A stretch of DNA of 64,000 nt, from assembly GCA_035472275.1 (NCBI GenBank), contig DATIPH010000031.1, positions 14,983 through 78,982 of the forward strand, in the 5' to 3' direction. The notes beneath the pieces are model-generated. The model did not search any database and had not been told where the DNA came from. It worked only from the letters and a program-made list of their open reading frames with translations. A program made the translations under genes and the position numbers. This document shows positions 8,692 to 17,485 of the stretch, piece by piece. The stretch is from Solirubrobacterales bacterium (GTDB lineage Bacteria; Actinomycetota; Thermoleophilia; Solirubrobacterales; 70-9). Each line of letters starts with the position of its first letter. Position 1 is the stretch's first letter.

Positions 8692-9534
8692 CTAGGGCTC
8701 GGACTGCTCGGCGGGCCGTGCCGGCGGTCCCGGCTGGCCCGGAACCTCCCGGCGCTCCCGTTCAAGTTCAGCTATCTCGTCGTCCGTGAGACCAGGGGAC
8801 AGCGCCTCTTCTTCAGCGCGTACTTCTCTCATTTTTTCATCACGGGCTATGTCTTTTCTCACTAGCTGCTCCCGGAGTTTCACCAGATCCGGGTCAGCGG
8901 CAGCCTTGCGCCCAATAGCGGTCCGATAGAGGCTCGCCTCTTCAGACCTACTGAGGCGCTGGTTGGTGTTCTCGGTGAGACTGGTCAGCCGCTCAAGGCG
9001 ATCCACGATCAGACCAAGGGTCCGCTCCTCAACATTGCCTCCTTGCAACTGGGCCAAACGCATTCCGTCTGAGATCGGGTTGTCGGCTGGATTGGTCAGC
9101 GATGCGCCGAGTTGCGTCTCCAGTTCTTGGCGGGCTACGTTGGCGCTGGCCAAGTCGTTGTGCTTGAAGAAGATGACTCGGGACTGGCCAAGATCAAAGG
9201 GCAGCTTGGTGTCTTCCTCGGCAATCAGGACGACCGGCAGCAGCGCGCCGTGGCGTACTGACAGCTCGTAGTAGACGTTGGGGTTGCCGCCGGTCAGGTC
9301 TGCTACAGCCGCTTTCGCTTCCAGGCAATGCTGGACGGCCTGAGAGGTGATCTGACCAGGCTCACCAACATCATCGGCGCGGAGGGTCTCGAGCCCGTGG
9401 GCCTCCGCGGCCGGTTTGACTATCCAGTCCCGTACGTCGTTCGAGCGCTTGCGGACATCAGTGCCTTGCTCGCCGATCGGCGCAATGAAGAAGCACTCCT
9501 GCTCAAAGTCAGCGGCCATTCCGTTGGCGACCAT
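8692..9534 (-). CDS. Rossmannoid NDT/TIR-like domain protein with charged coiled-coil tail (280 aa)
   Basis: CFFIAPIG strand, then ADLTGGNPNVYYELSVRHGALLPVVLI. This resembles the nucleoside 2-deoxyribosyltransferase/TIR-like core with a conserved Glu. The C-terminal 100 aa are rich in E/R/K. Confidence 0.6.
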   Translation of the reverse strand: MVANGMAADFEQECFFIAPIGEQGTDVRKRSNDVRDWIVKPAAEAHGLETLRADDVGEPGQITSQAVQHCLEAKAAVADLTGGNPNVYYELSVRHGALLPVVLIAEEDTKLPFDLGQSRVIFFKHNDLASANVARQELETQLGASLTNPADNPISDGMRLAQLQGGNVEERTLGLIVDRLERLTSLTENTNQRLSRSEEASLYRTAIGRKAAADPDLVKLREQLVRKDIARDEKMREVRAEEEALSPGLTDDEIAELERERREVPGQPGPPARPAEQSEP

Positions 9535-9573
9535 ATCCGCTGAGGGCGGGACTGCTCATCTCAGGTTTTTGGG

Positions 9574-10191
9574 TCAGCCGCCCGGCGATTCAAAGCCCAG
9601 CAGCGAGATAGTGGCTCGAATGGTCTTGGGATCTTTGGCTTTGGCCAGGCGGGAAGCACTCTCGCCCTGAATCTCCAGCACCTGATCGAGCGCGCCGCTC
9701 AGTAGCGTCATGGCGTCCTCCCAGCCTTGGTCGTCGAGGTTGAGCGGCGTGCAACTCAGGTGGCGGTCGTCGCGGGAATCGAAGGTCTCGTTCTCCAAGG
9801 CAGCCTTGGAGGCGTCATTGATCATCTGAAGACCGGCAACCGAGACGCCATTCTTGGCGTCGTCGGAGAGGGACGCCCAGTTCTCCGCGTTGAGAAAGGA
9901 GCGGGTGACGCCGCGAAAGAAGTGCTCCATTGCCCCCCGGCGCTGCTCGGCTTTGACCAGTTCGACGCAGCCCAGTTCTTCCAGCACACCGACGTGGTAG
10001 CTGACGTTGCCGAGTGGCTCGTCAAGCTCAAGATGAAGTTCCTTGGGGGAGGCCACTCGTTCGTTGAGGATCGCCAGGGCGCGGGCACGCAGGGGGTGTC
10101 CGACGGCCTTGGCCAGGCGGCTGTTGAAGCCGGCATATAGCTCGGATGACGGCTGGTCGCTGCTCTTGGCTCGGTCCTTCTTGGGGGGCAC
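9574..10191 (-). CDS. ArsR-like winged-helix protein with extra C-terminal domain (205 aa)
   Basis: AKAVGHPLRARALAILNERVASPKELHLELDEPLGNVSYHVGVLEELGCVELV is an ArsR/SmtB-type wHTH. Confidence 0.75.
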   Translation of the reverse strand: MPPKKDRAKSSDQPSSELYAGFNSRLAKAVGHPLRARALAILNERVASPKELHLELDEPLGNVSYHVGVLEELGCVELVKAEQRRGAMEHFFRGVTRSFLNAENWASLSDDAKNGVSVAGLQMINDASKAALENETFDSRDDRHLSCTPLNLDDQGWEDAMTLLSGALDQVLEIQGESASRLAKAKDPKTIRATISLLGFESPGG

Positions 10192-10523
10192 GGGGATACA
10201 GCTCCTTCAATAGTCGAGGGAACGATGAGCAATCGACTGTATTCGTGCAACCGGCTTGTGTCCAACTGCAAACGGCCCGAGTTTCTTCACTAGTGGAGGT
10301 CTCTCTACTATTGCCGCTTGGGCTGGGTTCTTAGCGCTCTAGCGAGCGCCTGGCGCTCAGCCGCGCCCTTTCGAGAGCGAAAGGGGGTGACAAAAGTGGC
10401 TATCAAGATCACGGAGCGCGTTGTTCCGGTCCTCGTCACGAAGCTCGGCTAGAGCCGGCAACAGCAGTAGCGGATGGTCTGCCCCAGTCTGGGCGGAGCA
10501 TCCGTCTCTCCGATCGGCGGCGC

Positions 10524-10877
10524 TCAGGACTTCGACGGGCGGTCCTCGATCGCCGCCTTGACCTCGCGGACCTCGCGATCGAGTTGGTCAAGACGAGCGA
10601 GCACCTGCTTCTCGAACGAAGCGCCGCCGCTGACTCGTCCGGCGGCCTGGAGCAGTTCGGTGGCGTCGACCTTGAGGGCGGCGGCCACCCGTTCGATGAT
10701 CTCGTCGGAAGGCGGGCCTTGCTTGCCTAGCTCCAGCCGGGAGAGGTTGGAGGGGCTCATCGGGATGCGCTCAGCCAGCTCGGCCAGGGTGTCGCCGCGC
10801 TTGCGCCGAAGGCGGCGCACCAGGACGCCGAGGGTCTCGGCGCGCTGAGTCTCTTTCTGTCCCTTGGGGCTGGCCAT
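10524..10877 (-). CDS. XRE-family HTH regulator with C-terminal coiled coil (117 aa)
   Basis: LRRKRGDTLAELAERIPMSPSNLSRLELGKQ is an HTH motif. Confidence 0.8.
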   Translation of the reverse strand: MASPKGQKETQRAETLGVLVRRLRRKRGDTLAELAERIPMSPSNLSRLELGKQGPPSDEIIERVAAALKVDATELLQAAGRVSGGASFEKQVLARLDQLDREVREVKAAIEDRPSKS

Positions 10878-11051
10878 GCTCCGCCAATCCCCTGACTACC
10901 GGCTAATAGTGGAAAACCCTAACCTATTCCCGCAAGTCGGGCTATGGCCCGGAATGCGGTAACGTCCGCACCGTGCCTGGCCGGGCTCCACAAAGTCACC
11001 CCCTCGGCCAGGCCACCACTTCAGGCGGGCAGCGACAGAAGGGCGGGAGCA

Positions 11052-11651
11052 ATGCGTGGCAGAGCGTGGCGGCGGTATGCAGTCCTAGCGGTGATCACCG
11101 GCTTGGCGGCGTGGGCGACGGTGCCGGCGACGAGCGTCACCGCAGCGCCGCCTCTCGAGCAAGCCTGCGTCAAGGCCGGACTGGTGCCGCCCGTGGTCAA
11201 AGAAGCCGTCATGGAACACCCCGGCAGCAAACGCGGCCGATTGCAGTCTGTCTCCACCAGCATTGAAGTCCCGGCGATGCCGGAAGAATGCTGGGGCATC
11301 TACCAGCGGCTGAGCGCCGCTGTCACCCAGATTCAAGACCCGCTGCACCACGCCCGCTGGTACAACACCAGCGGCTGTCGCTTCACGGCCAAGGAATGCG
11401 TCGGCATCAGCAAGCCGAACTGGTGGCAGTTGTCCTGGGCCAAGGACGAAGGCGGAATCGCCGGGCTTTACTCGCCGCCGACCGGCCATGAGGGAAAGTT
11501 CCTCTACTACGCCTGCACGCCCGGCAAGGGAGTCACCCACGTCCGGCTGCTGCTGAGGCGCACGATCAGGAGCGTCAGCACGCACCAAGTGATTGGGCGC
11601 AGCCGGATCAATGTCCGCCCAGTGGAAGTGCGAGGGAGGAAGCCATGCTGA
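11052..11651 (+). CDS. Secreted Cys-containing hypothetical protein, paralog A
   Basis: Signal peptide RRYAVLAVITGLAAWATVPATSVTA. Shares CV(K/E)AGL, P(E)xC and QIQ landmarks with the next gene. GGGAG Shine-Dalgarno before ATG 11052. Confidence 0.6.
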   Translation: MRGRAWRRYAVLAVITGLAAWATVPATSVTAAPPLEQACVKAGLVPPVVKEAVMEHPGSKRGRLQSVSTSIEVPAMPEECWGIYQRLSAAVTQIQDPLHHARWYNTSGCRFTAKECVGISKPNWWQLSWAKDEGGIAGLYSPPTGHEGKFLYYACTPGKGVTHVRLLLRRTIRSVSTHQVIGRSRINVRPVEVRGRKPC

Positions 11652-12286
11652 GGCGGGGATACCCCGCCCTGGTGATCATCGCGGGGCTGTTGGCCGGGCT
11701 GACGGTGTCGATGACGGCACCGTCAGCCAGAGCGGAAGACGAACTCGGGCAGACCTGTGTCGAAGCTGGCTTGGCTCGGCCGGGAGCGCTGCACGCCATT
11801 GAAATGCACCGTGCCGGTTTGCGACCGGGCACGCCTGGTCACTACCACTCGCAGGGGGTCTCCGGGGTCTTGCTGTTCGGGGCACTGCCGGAAGGCTGCG
11901 TGCCGTCAGTGGTTCGGACGGCGACGGCGCAGATTCAGATGTGGCGGGGGCGCTGGGTGAATGTCGGAGCAAGGCACGGCAACATGGAAGCCCCCGGCAA
12001 CAGCGAACGAGCTACCAAGCTCTTTGCTGGCCCGACCCATGCGTGGCCAAGCTACGTCTTCAATGAATGTGGAGCTGGTGGGAAGTGGCTGAAAGTCCGA
12101 GCAGTCGTCGGGCTCCAGGTCAAGGACAGCAGCAGCCATGCAGTGCTGGGAGCTCAGCGCTACGTGTGGCCGGTGCAGGTGCATGGAAGCTGCCGGTTGG
12201 CACGGATCAGCAAGAAGCAGACGGCCAGCTACAAAGAAGAATGGGGCCAAGGGAGTGGGAGGGTGCGAGTCGATTCTCCGGGTTGA
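11645..12286 (+). CDS. Secreted Cys-containing hypothetical protein, paralog B
   Basis: Signal peptide ALVIIAGLLAGLTVSMTAPSARA. GAGGGAGGA Shine-Dalgarno. Overlaps paralog A by 7 nt. Confidence 0.6.
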   Translation: MLRRGYPALVIIAGLLAGLTVSMTAPSARAEDELGQTCVEAGLARPGALHAIEMHRAGLRPGTPGHYHSQGVSGVLLFGALPEGCVPSVVRTATAQIQMWRGRWVNVGARHGNMEAPGNSERATKLFAGPTHAWPSYVFNECGAGGKWLKVRAVVGLQVKDSSSHAVLGAQRYVWPVQVHGSCRLARISKKQTASYKEEWGQGSGRVRVDSPG

Positions 12287-12520
12287 TCGCGCGGTTTCGG
12301 GTTGAACTGAGGGCGAAACGAGCCAAGGGCGTCCGGAGGCATAGACACACTGCTGTCCTGTGAGCCCCCTCTCACTTGGCTTGAGCACTAGCCGAGTCGG
12401 CAGCTTCGTCTTGGTAGCCTGCCGCGATTCGTGCGACCCCCTGCCTAGATCTGTGTTGATTCCAGGTATGCACAGACAAAACCTTGTATTTACACAAGAG
12501 TTCTCGCATACTTAAAATAA

Positions 12521-12907
12521 ATGGAGAAATTTCCTGCCAATACCGCTAGCGTTCCCGCATCTCAGGAGTCTGCGCTGCGGTCGTTCTTTGTCCGCCTGCT
12601 GGGACCCCTTGTACGGCAACCTCAGCGGGAGGACGACAAAGCAGTGAGCAACGGCGAAGGTGAACAGGCAGCATCGACGGGCATCACGCTTGAAGATGTC
12701 CAAGCAGAGTTGAACAGAGTGGACGAGGAGCGTCGGAATCGGACGCCCGACTGGATGCCTCAGCCCTTGGAGCTTGGACCACAGCGCTACCCCGACCCCA
12801 GGCTCTGGGGTCCGGAGAATGGGACCGAGGACGAGAGCTACCGAGACTCTCTGAAGCTCCTTCCCAATTTTGAGCCTGCTCACGTGTCGGCCAAGCGCAA
12901 CCGCTAG
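12521..12907 (+). CDS. Hypothetical acidic protein (128 aa)
   Basis: Track ORF, first gene of the A/T-rich cassette, preceded by an A/T-rich promoter-like stretch. Confidence 0.45.
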   Translation: MEKFPANTASVPASQESALRSFFVRLLGPLVRQPQREDDKAVSNGEGEQAASTGITLEDVQAELNRVDEERRNRTPDWMPQPLELGPQRYPDPRLWGPENGTEDESYRDSLKLLPNFEPAHVSAKRNR

Positions 12908-12932
12908 CTCTCCCTCCTTCATCGCTAGCTCT

Positions 12933-14777
12933 ATGAGTTGGGTGGACGCGCTTCGGCGCCTGATGGGTTGGTCTGATCCTGTAGCTGAGTTCAACTTCGA
13001 TATCACCGTGGATCGTGTCGGCTGCCTCGCAGATTTGATCACCCGGCCAACCCGCTATGTACAGCGGCTGGCCGAGCAGCTGTCGTTTGTGCCGACGGGT
13101 GGGCAGCAGTGGGTGCGCACCCTTCAGATTCAGATCCCAGAAACGAGTGGCTCGAAGCAGCCTGACTGGTGGATCATCCCCCTCGGACAGTTCAGTCGCA
13201 AACGCTTTGCCGACTTGGTGGCGCGCGACGCACATGGTCAGCGCCTCAATCTGCTTACGCGAAACCAGCACGGGGACGCTCTCACCGATGTGTTGACCAC
13301 GAACTATGCCTCACAGCTTGATCCTGCCTCGCGGGCGCTGCTGCCTGAGGAACAGCCGAGAGAAGCAGCGCTGCTCCTGCGATCACTCCTCTTTGAGTAC
13401 CTAACGAATCTCGATGTGCCGCCCGACGACGATGACTGGACGCCGGGAGCTAGCAAGCCCGTGCATCAGGTCTCTCAACAATACAAGTCTCTCTTGCTAG
13501 CCCTCAAACTGTCCGACTCCGACAGCGACGCTCGCGCCCAGCAGTTCTTCAAAGAAGTTGCGGAGCAGACCCGGACCGCTCCCTATCTCTGCTGGGTCAA
13601 AGCATCACCCGGCGAGGTAATCAGCGTGCAGGTGACCTACTCCTCAACGGATCCGAAGCATAGCCTCGCACTCGGCAGCTTGTGGGATCTGTTCTTGTCG
13701 ATACTCAAAGGTCTGGTTCCGCTATGGGGTAAAGCCCGGTCGATACGTGCTCGCTGGTTTCGGCAGTATGGACTTGCGCCAATTGACTACGCCTTCGATA
13801 TTCCAAATCAGGCGAGTACTGGCAGCTACTACCTGAGGCTGCAACCTCCAGACAACACCATTTGCTCGTATCTCGATTGGGCGGTTGATGATTCGTTCAA
13901 TGAGGAGAAGGAAGCAGACGGCGCGTTTCCTTCGGCACACATTCACAACAACGACCCAACTCATCCCGAAACCGGCACCCCAGCCGATAAAGGCGATAGG
14001 GCAAGCGAGGCTATCCGCGCCTATCTGCGCTGTGCGCCCCATCACCACAAGCAGATTCTTGGCGCAACGATGCTCAATGTGGTGGTCGTGTGGCTCCTTG
14101 CAAAGGGAGAGCTTCCAATCGGATTTGGAGAGCCATTGCAAGCCCTCATCGCTGCGGCTCCGTCAATTCTCATCGCGTTTCTCGCGCAGCAGCAACGTCA
14201 CTACTACTCACAGGTGATGCGACGGCAACGGGCGATCCTGTGGACCTACTTGTTTATCAGCGTGTCGTTCCTTGTCAGTGTGGCTTTTAGCGCGCAGAGT
14301 CACTCGACGCATGAGAGTGGATTGCCGTGGCTGGCCAACATTGCTGCGTGGGTACTGGCGATCAGCAGTACCGGAGTCTTCTTCTGGCACTTGCCACTAG
14401 GAGGTAGCTATGAACGGGTCATCAAATATCTCACTGATCGCAAGTGGGAAGTCGCTCAGCCTTCGCAAGAGAGCCTAGGACCTGTACGTGCCTTTGGATT
14501 CGACGTGCGGAAGCAGTGGTGGAAGTGGTGGAACGTCAATTTCACGACGAAATGGGAATGCTACGCGGACGCAGTGCGGCAGTACTGCTGCATAATTTGC
14601 ATTCTTGTCGTTGCGTCTATGGGTGGCGCTGCGTTTCTGCTCAGTGAATTTGCGGACTTTTCGCTGAAGCCACAGCCACGCCCCCCTAGCGGGCGCCCAG
14701 TGTTCACCAATGGGCAGGCACCGACGTCGTTGCCGCGTCCAGACACCGAGCGAATAGACTTAAGCCCAACGTGGTGA
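12933..14777 (+). CDS. Large hypothetical membrane protein (614 aa): about 400-aa soluble N-domain plus 4-5 C-terminal TM helices
   Basis: Long ORF in an A/T-rich region, where spurious long ORFs are unlikely. Hydrophobic helices include LGATMLNVVVVWLLA, IAAAPSILIAFLA, ILWTYLFISVSFLVSVAF, IAAWVLAISSTGVFFW and IICILVVASMGGAAFLL. ATG 12933 preferred. Confidence 0.7.
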   Translation: MSWVDALRRLMGWSDPVAEFNFDITVDRVGCLADLITRPTRYVQRLAEQLSFVPTGGQQWVRTLQIQIPETSGSKQPDWWIIPLGQFSRKRFADLVARDAHGQRLNLLTRNQHGDALTDVLTTNYASQLDPASRALLPEEQPREAALLLRSLLFEYLTNLDVPPDDDDWTPGASKPVHQVSQQYKSLLLALKLSDSDSDARAQQFFKEVAEQTRTAPYLCWVKASPGEVISVQVTYSSTDPKHSLALGSLWDLFLSILKGLVPLWGKARSIRARWFRQYGLAPIDYAFDIPNQASTGSYYLRLQPPDNTICSYLDWAVDDSFNEEKEADGAFPSAHIHNNDPTHPETGTPADKGDRASEAIRAYLRCAPHHHKQILGATMLNVVVVWLLAKGELPIGFGEPLQALIAAAPSILIAFLAQQQRHYYSQVMRRQRAILWTYLFISVSFLVSVAFSAQSHSTHESGLPWLANIAAWVLAISSTGVFFWHLPLGGSYERVIKYLTDRKWEVAQPSQESLGPVRAFGFDVRKQWWKWWNVNFTTKWECYADAVRQYCCIICILVVASMGGAAFLLSEFADFSLKPQPRPPSGRPVFTNGQAPTSLPRPDTERIDLSPTW

Positions 14778-14784
14778 TCGTCGA

Positions 14785-15654
14785 CTAGCTGATCCCAACC
14801 CTCTCCCCAAACCCCTGACGGTCCCACTCGCCAACTTGGGCCAAAATAAAGCGCAGCTCTCTTGCTTGCTCTTTGGTTAGGTCGCCGGTCCAGCCGGCTA
14901 GACGAATGAGCGAGTCAGAGTTGTATGTGGCGGTACCGTGGAGAATCGCTTTGCCGTATTGCTCCATGTAGGCGCTTAGCGTGGTGAGTAGCCGAGCCAG
15001 ATACCACAGAGCGCCCACCGATGCATCAGCGTGCTCATGGGCCTTCTCGGGGTCACCTCGGCTGGCTTCCCGGGCAATCACTTCTGCTCGCAACCCGTAG
15101 ACATCACTCCAAATGCGAGAGAGCAAAACCTCATGGTCGGCAGTATCTGAATGAGCAATCTGTTCCTCGGCGATGACCGGCGTGTGACCTGACGCTTCAA
15201 ATGGCTCGCCGTCCTGGGCTCGCCGCACATACTGCAAGCTGTCCTGATGCAGTAGCCAAGCCACTTCTCCGAGTATCTGTGGCTCGATCCGCTTGCGGAA
15301 GTGATGTAGCTCGTAATCGAGGAGGTTGGCGGCATGGCGACGACGCTCAGTCAGCGTCCGGCCACCGCGGGCAACCACGAATAGTCCAGTCGCCGCTTCG
15401 CGGCGCTGCTTCGGCACTATCGCTTTCAGCGTTCCCTTCAACAGGCGTTCTAGTGCATCGACGCGGGCAAGCCGGTCACCTGACCGAACACTGCGGGCGA
15501 TCACCCCATTGAGTTGCAGCAGATCATCGGGCACCTGATCCGGTCGCAGGGGGATCCCCGTGCGCAACACGGTCTTGAGTGCCTCAACAGTGCCTCCCAG
15601 TTCGGCTCCCTCGGGTGGCTGAGACGGTGGTTTCTTGCGCTTCGGGCTACCCAT
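14785..15654 (-). CDS. Hypothetical protein (289 aa), convergent with the membrane protein gene
   Basis: Track ORF. ATG 15654 (MGSPKRKKPP) preferred. No family recognised. Confidence 0.55.
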   Translation of the reverse strand: MGSPKRKKPPSQPPEGAELGGTVEALKTVLRTGIPLRPDQVPDDLLQLNGVIARSVRSGDRLARVDALERLLKGTLKAIVPKQRREAATGLFVVARGGRTLTERRRHAANLLDYELHHFRKRIEPQILGEVAWLLHQDSLQYVRRAQDGEPFEASGHTPVIAEEQIAHSDTADHEVLLSRIWSDVYGLRAEVIAREASRGDPEKAHEHADASVGALWYLARLLTTLSAYMEQYGKAILHGTATYNSDSLIRLAGWTGDLTKEQARELRFILAQVGEWDRQGFGERVGIS

Positions 15655-15656
15655 CC

Positions 15657-15697
15657 ATGCCCAGCATATGCCCACATTGGGAACTTTTAGATGCCCA
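15657..15697. promoter_or_regulatory. Divergent promoter region with three direct ATGCCCA boxes
   Basis: ATGCCCA at 15657, 15668 and 15691, so the spacings are 11 and 23 nt. Lies between divergent starts at 15654 (-) and 15722 (+). Confidence 0.4.
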
Positions 15698-15721
15698 GTA
15701 ACAACCCGGAGGGTCGGAGCC

Positions 15722-15994
15722 ATGACCCCACCACGCATTTGTCCCCCACCGCCGACCGCCCCCGACTGCGGTCTCTTCGACCAGCGCCTCAGCTACGTCC
15801 CGGATGAGCCGCTGCGCCGGGCCGTTCTCATGGACCGGCGCAAGTCCCGCGACCTGGCCGCCTTCGTGTGGGCCGACTTCAACCGTGACCGCCGCCCGGT
15901 GGCTGAGCCAAAGGCTCCCACCCCCACGGTGCCACCGCTTCCCAGGCCGGCGCTGCCCTCCACTTCGATGATCGAGAAAGGAGTTCTGCGATGA
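15722..15994 (+). CDS. Hypothetical Pro-rich protein (90 aa)
   Basis: Inner ATG of the track ORF. First gene of a tightly packed plus-strand operon. Confidence 0.45.
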   Translation: MTPPRICPPPPTAPDCGLFDQRLSYVPDEPLRRAVLMDRRKSRDLAAFVWADFNRDRRPVAEPKAPTPTVPPLPRPALPSTSMIEKGVLR

Positions 15995-16308
15995 ATGAAC
16001 TGCCAGCCCGGCTCGACGGGCTGCGGCCCTCCCGTCAACTGACGCGGGCGACTGCTGCCCAGGAACGAACTGAGTTGGCCGTCTTCGAGCACCATCTTGC
16101 CGCCCGCTATCTCGCAGAGATCGACCGCATCGACTCGACTGCGATCGCAGATGTTGCTGAAGCTGCCCTCGGGGAGGAGATGCGGGTTCTCGACTGGGGC
16201 CTGAGTGAAGCCGGTGACAGCGTTACCAAAGCTGAGTTGGTCTCGCGCAAGGTCAGCTTGCAATCGCGGATCAACAACGCCCGGATCGCCCGGCGCTTCG
16301 GGGGGTGA
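15991..16308 (+). CDS. Hypothetical protein (105 aa)
   Basis: 4-nt overlaps with both neighbours suggest an operon. Confidence 0.5.
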   Translation: MNELPARLDGLRPSRQLTRATAAQERTELAVFEHHLAARYLAEIDRIDSTAIADVAEAALGEEMRVLDWGLSEAGDSVTKAELVSRKVSLQSRINNARIARRFGG

Positions 16309-16577
16309 AGGCGATGTTCGAGCTACTACTGACGATCGTCGCCGGCTCCGGAGCAGGCGCACTCTGTGGCGGCCTGCTGGCCGCCTGGCTGTTGCGGCGT
16401 CACCACCGGACTGAGGACGGTCAGCCCGACGCGTTGGACCCTTGGGTATCGGCCGAAATCGACCGGGCGGCTGTGGAGTTCGCCAACCGCAATGGGCGGC
16501 CGGAGACCGCCCCGCTCATTGCCGACAAGCTCCACCTGTTGCATCACCTGGGCCAGCGTCAAGGAGGCTCAGAATGA
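16305..16577 (+). CDS. Small membrane protein (90 aa)
   Basis: N-terminal TM helix LLLTIVAGSGAGALCGGLLAAWLL. Confidence 0.5.
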   Translation: MKAMFELLLTIVAGSGAGALCGGLLAAWLLRRHHRTEDGQPDALDPWVSAEIDRAAVEFANRNGRPETAPLIADKLHLLHHLGQRQGGSE

Positions 16578-16813
16578 TCTGGGTACTGCTCTTGCTGGCG
16601 GTGGCCTTCGTCGTCTTCCTGGCGTGGCGGAACGGTCAGTCACCGCCACAGCAACGAGACCCAGAAGCCGAACTGAAAGCGGCCCTGGAGTTGCACGCCA
16701 TCCGGCGTCGGCTGGAAGCAGCCGAGCTAAAGCATCAACAGCGCCAGGACGCTGCCCGGCTCAGGCGGGACATTCAGGAGTCCCTGGACGAGTCCGACGG
16801 TCGTGTCTCCTAG
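16574..16813 (+). CDS. Small membrane protein (79 aa)
   Basis: AAGGAGG Shine-Dalgarno 7 nt before ATG 16574. TM helix IWVLLLLAVAFVVFLAW. Confidence 0.6.
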   Translation: MIWVLLLLAVAFVVFLAWRNGQSPPQQRDPEAELKAALELHAIRRRLEAAELKHQQRQDAARLRRDIQESLDESDGRVS

Positions 16814-17318
16814 AACGGCACCCACCGGCTTTCGGCATGAGCCCACGGTCGGCGGCAGCGTCGAGTGGTACACGCCGCCGGAGCTGTTCGCTGCGCTCGG
16901 GCTGACCTTCGACCTCGACCCGGCATCGCCGCCTGGCGGGCTGCCCTGGGTGCCGGCGGTCCAGCACTTCTCCCGTGATGACGATGGTCTGAGTCGTCCC
17001 TGGCATGGCCGGGTCTGGCTCAACCCACCCTACGGTCGGCGAGTTGGCGAGTGGCTCGACCGTTTGGCTGTCCACGGTGATGGCATGGCCCTGGTCTTCG
17101 CCCGCACCGACACCGCCTGGTTCGAGCGGGCTTTCCGGGCTGCCACCGCTGCCTGCTTCGTCCGCGGACGCCTGCACTTCATCAGCGGCGATGGCAGGCC
17201 GGCGCCGGGGCCAGCCGCGGCACCCTCGCTGCTGCTGGCTTACGGCCTGTCATGTTCCCTGGCGTTAGCTGCCTCGGAACTTGGGCGAGTCTGCATCGTG
17301 CCGAAGGATGCTCCGTGA
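16803..17318 (+). CDS. Phage-type DNA N6-adenine methyltransferase (small Dam family)
   Basis: EWYTPPELFAALGLTFDLDPASP followed by VWLNPPYG, the hallmark of the phage Dam-type family. Confidence 0.75.
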   Translation: MSPRTAPTGFRHEPTVGGSVEWYTPPELFAALGLTFDLDPASPPGGLPWVPAVQHFSRDDDGLSRPWHGRVWLNPPYGRRVGEWLDRLAVHGDGMALVFARTDTAWFERAFRAATAACFVRGRLHFISGDGRPAPGPAAAPSLLLAYGLSCSLALAASELGRVCIVPKDAP

Positions 17319-17485
17319 AAGGGCTGGGCTCGACGGCGCTGGTGGCAATGCTCCTGCTGCTTGCCCTAGCGGCGGCCACGCCGTCGCTCATCGCCCTCAG
17401 TGGCGCCCTACTGCCGCTAGTGGTCGTGTTGGCCGTGGCGATCGTCCTGGTTCGCCTGGTCCTTTTCCACACCCGGAATTGGTGA
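17315..17485 (+). CDS. Small two-helix membrane protein (56 aa)
   Basis: GTG overlaps the methylase stop. The sequence is almost entirely hydrophobic (LVAMLLLLALAAA, LLPLVVVLAVAIVLVRLVLF). Confidence 0.45.
   Translation: MKGLGSTALVAMLLLLALAAATPSLIALSGALLPLVVVLAVAIVLVRLVLFHTRNW

Noticed and set aside
10341-10452. Two adjacent GC hairpins (GAGCGCC-T-GGCGCTC and CCCTTTCG-AGAG-CGAAAGGG) and an 18-codon ORF preceded by AGGGGG
   Set aside because: The hairpins are most simply terminators or insulators between the XRE gene and the wHTH operon. The mini-ORF is too short to support from sequence alone.
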